Positions 55,851-64,000 of a DNA stretch of 64,000 nucleotides are shown here, piece by piece (positions within the stretch are counted from its first letter, which is position 1; every line of letters starts with the position of its first letter). The stretch is from the human T2T-CHM13v2.0 reference genome, Homo sapiens: NCBI RefSeq assembly GCF_009914755.1, contig NC_060926.1. One strand, 5' to 3'. The position numbers were made by a program, and so were the translations under genes. The notes below the pieces were generated by a model. The model did no database searches. It was not told the origin of the DNA and saw only the letters and a program-made list of their open reading frames with translations.

Positions 55851-58800
55851 CTCCCAGTGCACCCACTGGTGCCCATGGAGAATGCACACTGCCTTCCCAA
55901 ATTGTGACACGTGTGACAAACTCTACCAGAGTGAATGATGGTCTGGGAAAGGTATGGCAGTGCAGCTCCGTGGCATGGTGAAAGGAAGAAAACATCATCA
56001 GGTTTCAATTCAAGGCAGTGGTAGTTAATAATGGACTTCCTGAAACCTGTAGCTCAATCACTAAGGGAATATTAAGATTTTCCACTTGAAATAACCAGGA
56101 TTATGTGGGCCATCCTAGAAGCCTGCTGAACTGGAATGCATTCATACCCTGGTAATCATATTAACTTACTGTTAGGCCAAGGTCAACTTGATTTTGTGTT
56201 TCACCAAAGCTCACTGGGTCTTTTCTCTTGACAGCCATTGGGCAAGTGAGGGATACACGGTTGACTTGAAGCTGGAATCCACCCAGACCCAATGAATCAC
56301 TGACCTCTCATTTTTAACCCTAATGAATTGGGGTAGAATTAGATATTTTGAATTATCATACAAAGCAGAGTAAACCCAACAATCTATCAAAATTATCTAA
56401 CTATCTAGACTGAACAATTTTACTTGGAAAGGATATACCTGCTTATGAAATACTAATGATGACAGCAAGAAAGTCTGATTTCAAATCTATGGGTGCCAAC
56501 ATTCTATGTATGGTCATGGAAATACATATGTAAACTTGATACACTGACAAGTCATTTCCTATGACATTTTGCCAATCAAAATAAAGTAAAATGAAGAAAA
56601 TTGTTTAGAAAATCTGGATCTTGTTTCCTTAAGGTGTATGTAGGAGGAAGCAGTAGGAGGCAGGAGGCATTTTCATTTTTATTTTACTGCACCAGTGTTT
56701 GGAGCTCAGCAGCTGAGATGGGGTGAGTAACACATGAGCTTTGATGAGCAATTGTGGACACAGCCCTTTTTGCCAACATCTCACTCATTACCTTTTCCCT
56801 CCACTTTTTTTTTTTTTTTTTTTTGCCAAACCACCCTACTAGATTATAACAGTCTGCATCAAGAAACATTTCATTTAATTCTGGAAAGGCACAGCCATGG
56901 AAATAGAAGATTAAAATGAAAAAAAAAAAAAAAGAAAAAAGAAAAAGAGAAAACCCACACAAAAAAAATGAAACTAAGAGATTCTGAAAGCAGCATTTCC
57001 TAATTAAGAAGGCCCAAGAAGGTGACAGATGTACCCAGGTCCCCACAACCAGCCAGTGGCAGAACCACCAGAAGAGCTCATTTTCCTAGTGCCTGCCCAG
57101 GTTTTTTCTACAATGCTCACAGCATTGCAAGGAGGAGTTAACGCCAATTCTTATTCAAAATTAAATTCTATTAGATATTAAGGATTTCTGGTGGGAATAC
57201 TTCAGAAATGAAAAAGTATTTTCAATTTAAATTAAATTAAATTTCCAATTAAGTCACAGAGAACTGTACTTCAACAGGAATCTCTTTTACTCTACCCCTT
57301 TACAAAAGAAATATTTCACTTTTTTTCTTTCTGGTCATCAATTAAGAGTTTTATGTAAAATGTGTCACTTTCATCTCTGATTAAAACGCATCCTATTTTA
57401 GGTTTTGAGATTAGAAGCTGAGGCCCAAGGACTCAATGAAATTGTATGGCATCGTTCCCGCAGATATACATACATATGCTCCTAGGAAAAAGGTTCGTAG
57501 CATTTATCAGATTTTCAACTGGATCTATAACTCTTCCAAAAGATTAATAAGTTCTGTTCCAGATAGAGCTGAGGTTTTGGCAAAGGTAAGGAATCCTTAC
57601 TAAAGAATCTTGTTTCTCTCAATAGCCCCTAAATCTCTTCAACTCACATAATTGCTTTTAAATTCACAAAGGAAATCCACAAGGCCTACAAGGAAAAGCA
57701 AATTCCAGCCCCCACTAAAACGGGAATGGACAGCAACTGATTAATTCTGCAGTAATGAAAATTTAATATAAAACCTTTAATTTCATTTCAGGTAGCCTGA
57801 ACTTCAGATTGGACATTTTCAGTAGAAAACCCATTTCTTTTTGTTCCTGTTTTTTTTTTTTTTTCCTAAAAAAGGCTTATATTTACTTGATTTGAATTTT
57901 GCTAGCATGCTTTTTCTTCTGAATTCAAGTGACTAGAACTGAAATTATTCCACCTGGGGAGAAGAGACAGCTGAAAGCCAATTTAGTATTGGTTTTCAAA
58001 TACATGAAGGGTACTCAGAGAGAGGATGATTGCCAAAGAAAATGGTCTTTGAACCATAGAAAGAATCTGAGCTTGCTCTAAAGTTAAATTTCCTGACTTA
58101 CAGAGTTTATGACATTAAACTGAGAGACCAAGGGATCCTTTTTGGAGACTTCAAAAATAGGATAGATCCTTAAATGCCTGAGATGGCTTGGATGTGGCTT
58201 TGTCTGAAGTCAGGAGGATAAATCTTACCACTGATGGTCCCTTCAGGCGTGTGAATCTATGGGTTTGACTGGCATGTCAGAAGCTAGAATGCCAGCCCAG
58301 GACATCTAGAGAGTCATCTCTCCAATGCTGGGTAGCAGTCTATCAATCGCTCTCACTGCCTCAACATCTCTCAGCTCGCCTCCACCACCATAGGGAACCC
58401 AAGGCCTGCTCCTGTCTGAGGCTGATTTCCAACGTGGCAGAGAACTCTGCTCCCTCACTGTACCACAGCCTCCACCAATCCCTCGGAGAGCCTAAGTTTT
58501 TGAGAAAAACAAAAAGAAGTCTCATCTGTGGTAGTAGAAATTGTGTGAATGCCAATTTTTTTTAAAAATCAGTATTTAACTTTGTAGCACTCCTTTTTCC
58601 TTCTTGAGGAAAGCTAATAGCCCAGCTCTGCTTCCAAAACAAACGTCTCTAAGATTGGACCAGTCTTTGCTTTTCTTTTTGCTGGACAACCTTGTCCCAA
58701 CTTAGAAATGGAGGAGATATCCATAGCCTTAGACCTTCAGATTGGGCTCAAGAGCCTTTGTGTGGACCCAAAAGGGGAACCCTAGGGGACACACAAGGAG

Positions 58801-59655
58801 CTGGAAGTTCAACTCCCCCTTCATCTCACCTGTTGTGGCCTTACAGGCTTAGAAGTGCAGAGTTCTTCAGGGATCCTGGAAAACCTCTGGTCAAACCTCA
58901 TCTGCAATGCATGCCCCTTAGTCAAAGCTCCCAGTATTTGCCCAGCTCCTGCTGGAGCTCCTCCAGAAAGAACTCCATACTCACAATCAGCCCATCCCAA
59001 CACTGTCCTGCTCTAAGGAGGAGAAGAGCTCAGCTGAAACCTGCCTCTTCCTCTTGTCCTTACATGTCCACTCCACACTAGTCTGTAAAACTCCTGAAGA
59101 TCTAAATGCAGAGAACGTTCACCTGGGCAGTAAAGTTCAAAGAGAGCTGTACCATCTGCTGCCTCTGAGGTTCAGGAGGAGAATTCCTATTAGGTTAATG
59201 CCATTTCCCCTTTTAAAATGAAACAAAATCATCTGAAAAGCATGTCTGAACATGCTTTATAAGTTAAGACTGCTCACAGAACTCTGACTCCCAGGAACTA
59301 CAAATCTAAATAGGATAAACATGTTTATATGTGAGTGCCTGTTGTAAAGCTAAAAACCCAGCAGATACCAAAAGATGCTAATAAGCTCAATATGGAAAAA
59401 TTACTTAAAAAGGTTTATGTTATGGTCTTAACATTGCCAATGCCTAAATTATTTATTGGTCAATAAAAAAACCCAATGCATCAATAAGAGTAATATTAAA
59501 GTGGAAGTTATTAGCAACTTCTAAGACAGGCCCAGCAGCTGACATGACAAATACAAAAGCTGGACACCATCGGGATAACGGGAACATCATTCTCCCCCCA
59601 GACAAACCCAAGGTGCCACGTGTGTGCATGGCATGGCAGGGAAGAGATGAACAAC

Positions 59656-60016
59656 CACTATAATCTCACTATCTGTGTCCCCACAAAATTCTCATGTTGA
59701 ATATCATAACCCCCAAGGTGATGATATCAAGAAGAGGGGCCTTTGGAAGGTGACTAGATCATAAGGGCAGAGCCAGTTGAGAATGGTGCCCTTATAAAAG
59801 AGACCCCAGAGAACTGCCTTACCCTCCCACCACGTGAGGATACAGCAATAAGATGTTATCTATGCGGGCAGGCCCTCACCAGATAACGAATCTGCCACCA
59901 CCTTGATCTTGGACTTCTCTGCCTCTAGAATGAGAGAAATAAATGTTTATTGTTTACACATCACACATACTCAGTGTATGGTATTTTTGTTACAGCAGCC
60001 CACATAAACTAAGACA
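59656..60016 (+). mobile_element. MLT1A-type MaLR solo LTR
   Basis: 'gtgtccccacaaaattctcatgttgaa...gcccttataaaagagacccc...ccttgatcttggacttc...actaagaca'; TSD acaac/gcaac. Confidence 0.88.
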
Positions 60017-60544
60017 GCAACTAACAGGATCAAAGGCAGGTGGTGGAAGGACTGACTACATGGGCTCTTCAACTGAAGAGATCAACGCAATGATCTCTTC
60101 AATAGAATAGTCTGTTGAAGATCTGGAAGTATATAAATAGGGCATATTGTATTAATAGATATATTTGCTTGCCTCCCTAGTATCCTCAAAAGATGAGGAC
60201 CGGGACTAAGTTGTTCTTGTATCGTGCAAAGACCCTGCAGTGTGTTATATACAGTGTGGGTTTACAGCAAAGATTTATACTGAACTCCACTGCTTTTTTT
60301 CCCAAGGGAAAAATCAGTGCCTAAGAACTAGCTCATCTTAGTGAGAGGCAGCCTGTGAGATGGGCTCTTGAAGAAAAGGGGTAAGAAGGCTGATCCAAAG
60401 CTCAGAACAGCTATGGCTCTGAGGCTGAGAATATTTAGATTCAAGGAGAAGTCTCATAAACCATGAGAAAGGACTATTCAGATTCCATGAAAAGGAGAAT
60501 AAACAGCTCCCCATCTTTAGAAATTTTTTTAAATTCTTTATCTC

Positions 60545-60832
60545 TTTTTTTTTTTTAAGTTAGAAACAGGCAGGCTGGAGTGCAGTGGTATAATCACAGT
60601 TCACTGCAACCTTGAAATCCTGGTGTCAAGTGATCCTCCTGTTTCAGCCTTCTGAGTTGCTGGGATTACAGACATGCACCACCACGACCAGCTAATTTTT
60701 AAATTTTAACTTTTGTAGAGATGGGGTCTCTTTATGTTGGCCAGGCTGTCTCAAACTCCTGGCCTCAAGCAATTCCCCCTCTTGGGCCTCCCAAAGCACT
60801 GGGATTATAGGCATGAGCCACTGCACCCGGCC
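60545..60832 (-). mobile_element. AluJ with a small internal deletion
   Basis: Antisense Alu 'ctcctggcctcaagcaattcccc'; lacks the 'gtctcactctgtcacc' segment. Confidence 0.9.
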
Positions 60833-61829
60833 TATTCTGTTCTTTACCTTTTATTTTTAAAAAATCATTCCCTAGTTCTACTATCTCTATATTCAAAATC
60901 CTCTTTCCCACTATAAATCCACTATCTGAACTCCAAATATCACCAAGAACCAGAATTCCATAAAGTACAGGCAATGTAGATACGCAAACATGGCTCTGAG
61001 AATCTTACTGCCTGTATTTCTCACTCTCTATGGTTTTCAGCTACACCCCTCTTGCCATAATTGTGTGCCCTTAATTAAATCTAAGTTTCCAGCCATTTTT
61101 TTTAATGTGAAAACTCATAACAATGTCCTTGGGTTTATAGCACCACTATTGTCATAGCATGTTATTCAACCTCAGCTAGTGCTTGACTTAACAGAAAATT
61201 CTGAGTTTCATATTCATTGTAGTAACATCAGTTGTGGAAACAAATATTGTGCTATTTGCCTTTCCCCTGCTGTTCCTCGATCTCTTTTCAGCCTCAAAGG
61301 CTGTCTGGTACACTTGGTTCTTGTGCCAGGATGGAAGACACAAGATGAGTCCTCAGAGACGTGGTGTCAAGGAGTCCATGTTTTCTTTCCTCTAAGTGCA
61401 GACAGAATGACTCTCTGGAAGGAGCATACATGAGCTGGCAGTTAGAGACAGCGCAGCTCAGAAACAACTGTGCTGGAGGGACATGAAGAAAGGCAATGAT
61501 TTCTCTTTCCCAATATGTGGCAATTTTCAGATGTCAAAGGAATAACAGACAGATATACCCTATGAAAGGATTTGATTTGTGGCAACTGCTTTTCTTTTCC
61601 TGATTCCATTAATGCCAGGTTTCTTGGCCTTAAGCAGAGAGCCAGGTATTTTCTTTTTATTTAGTGCTCCCTGGGCAGTTATTATCTGTATCAATTTTCC
61701 TTTATCCAGGTTAATTCTCTTAAAAATACATGCCTTTCAGTCACTGTATTGTATTTAACCAAAATATCTGTTGGTACAACATGCTCTTGTAGTTCATCTA
61801 AGGCACCTTTAAGTCACAGAGTTATTTTT

Positions 61830-62860
<1,031 letters not shown>

Positions 62861-63198
62861 AAAAATGCAAACAAATAGGAACTTAGTATTTCTCACATGA
62901 GCTTCAAAATGCCACTTACAATAATCAGATGCATGTTATGTTCTTGTCCATGGACTGTTAACTACTAGAGTCTTTTTTAAAAAAGAGAGCCCTGAATTGT
63001 CAACTGTGGGAAGACAAAAGAAGCCAGTACCTTCTGTTGCTTTTTTGCCATTCATAGTGCCAGGACCTGGCAATGCCTCAAAGCTGCTATTCCTGCACAG
63101 GGCTCTTCCTCAGCCTGGAGAAGACACACACAAGCAAGCGAAGGTGGGTGGGACCAAACTACCACCTTCTGGAATTCAGTTTGGCCTTCCAAGGTGAC

Positions 63199-63568
63199 TG
63201 ATATGGTTTGGCTGTGTCCCCATCCAAATCTCATGTTGTAGATTCCATAATTTCCATGTGTTGTGGGACAGACCAGGTGGGAGATGACTGAATTATGGGG
63301 GCAGGTCTTTCCCATGCCGTTCTCGTGATAGTGCATGGGTCTCACGAGATCTGATGGTTTTAAAAATGGGAGATTCCCTGCACAAGCTCTCTCTTTGCCT
63401 GCTGCCATCCACGTAAGATGTGACTTGCTCCTTCTTGCCTTGCCTTCCGCCATGATTGTGAGGCCTCCCCAGCCATGCGGACCTGTAAGTCTATTAAACC
63501 TCTTCGTTTTTGGAAATTGCCCAGTCTTGGGTATGTCTTTATCAGTACCATGAAAACAAACTAATACA
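63199..63568 (+). mobile_element. THE1A solo LTR
   Basis: TGATATGGTTTGG...CTAATACA; perfect 5-bp TSD gtgac (63194-63198, 63569-63573). Confidence 0.95.
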
Positions 63569-64000
63569 GTGACCAAACCAAAAGAACATAAACATAACAG
63601 AAAAATGCAATCCAGCTTAGGAGCTTAGGCAACCACAGACACTAAGTTACCTGAATTTCCAAGTTTCATTCTGGCATGCTCACTACTGGAAACATTCCTT
63701 ATGACTCTCGAGGTCTCAGTTTCCAACTCCCCTCATGCTATGGACCCAGGATACTGAATCGACTAGACATTTGTAGAAAACTTTAAATGTGGAGTTTTTA
63801 ACTCATAATGAAACTAAAAACCAGGCAATCAAGAAAGGAATTATGATTTAAAAAAATACAGAAAATCAGAACAGAAAAAAATTCCAAATTAAAGATGGGA
63901 AAGTTCAACAGTGGAGGAAACAGAACATTATGCTTTATGACTTAGGTTCGCTCACCTATAATGACCCAGGTAATTGCCATATATGGGTAACCCCTGAGGA

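Noticed and set aside
63052-63576. 174-aa ORF similar to the ORF at 8845-9192, as a paralogous gene pair
   Set aside because: Both are antisense translations of THE1A LTRs.

Overview
This is primate, almost certainly human, non-coding genomic DNA; an intact AluYa5 at 47460-47783 supports human origin. It is either a large intron or intergenic. I could not support any real protein-coding gene, tRNA, rRNA or CRISPR array. The ORF track is explained by Alu, L1 and LTR translations, microsatellites and chance ORFs. The window is a layered record of mobile elements: about 14 Alus (J, S, Ya5), old L1M and younger L1PA fragments, L2/MIR/CR1 relics, solo LTRs (2x THE1A, MER41A, MSTA, MLT1, MLT2) and DNA transposons (MADE1, MER30, MER1A, Tigger4, MER63 and a Tigger-type transposase fossil). 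All family and subfamily calls are by eye against remembered consensus sequences, not database searches. The structures most worth a second look are: (i) an L1PA3-like insertion carrying a short 3' transduction; (ii) a composite Alu/unique DNA/inverted Alu unit enclosed by a single target-site duplication (TSD); (iii) an NF-kB-type site cluster, partly created by a 46-bp tandem duplication, next to a separate dispersed 46-bp duplication; (iv) a repeat-poor block rich in homeobox, POU and SOX motifs at about 54.7-57.8 kb that looks like a developmental enhancer; (v) a 68-bp perfect purine-pyrimidine alternation (Z-DNA candidate). I found no convincing new multi-component biological system.
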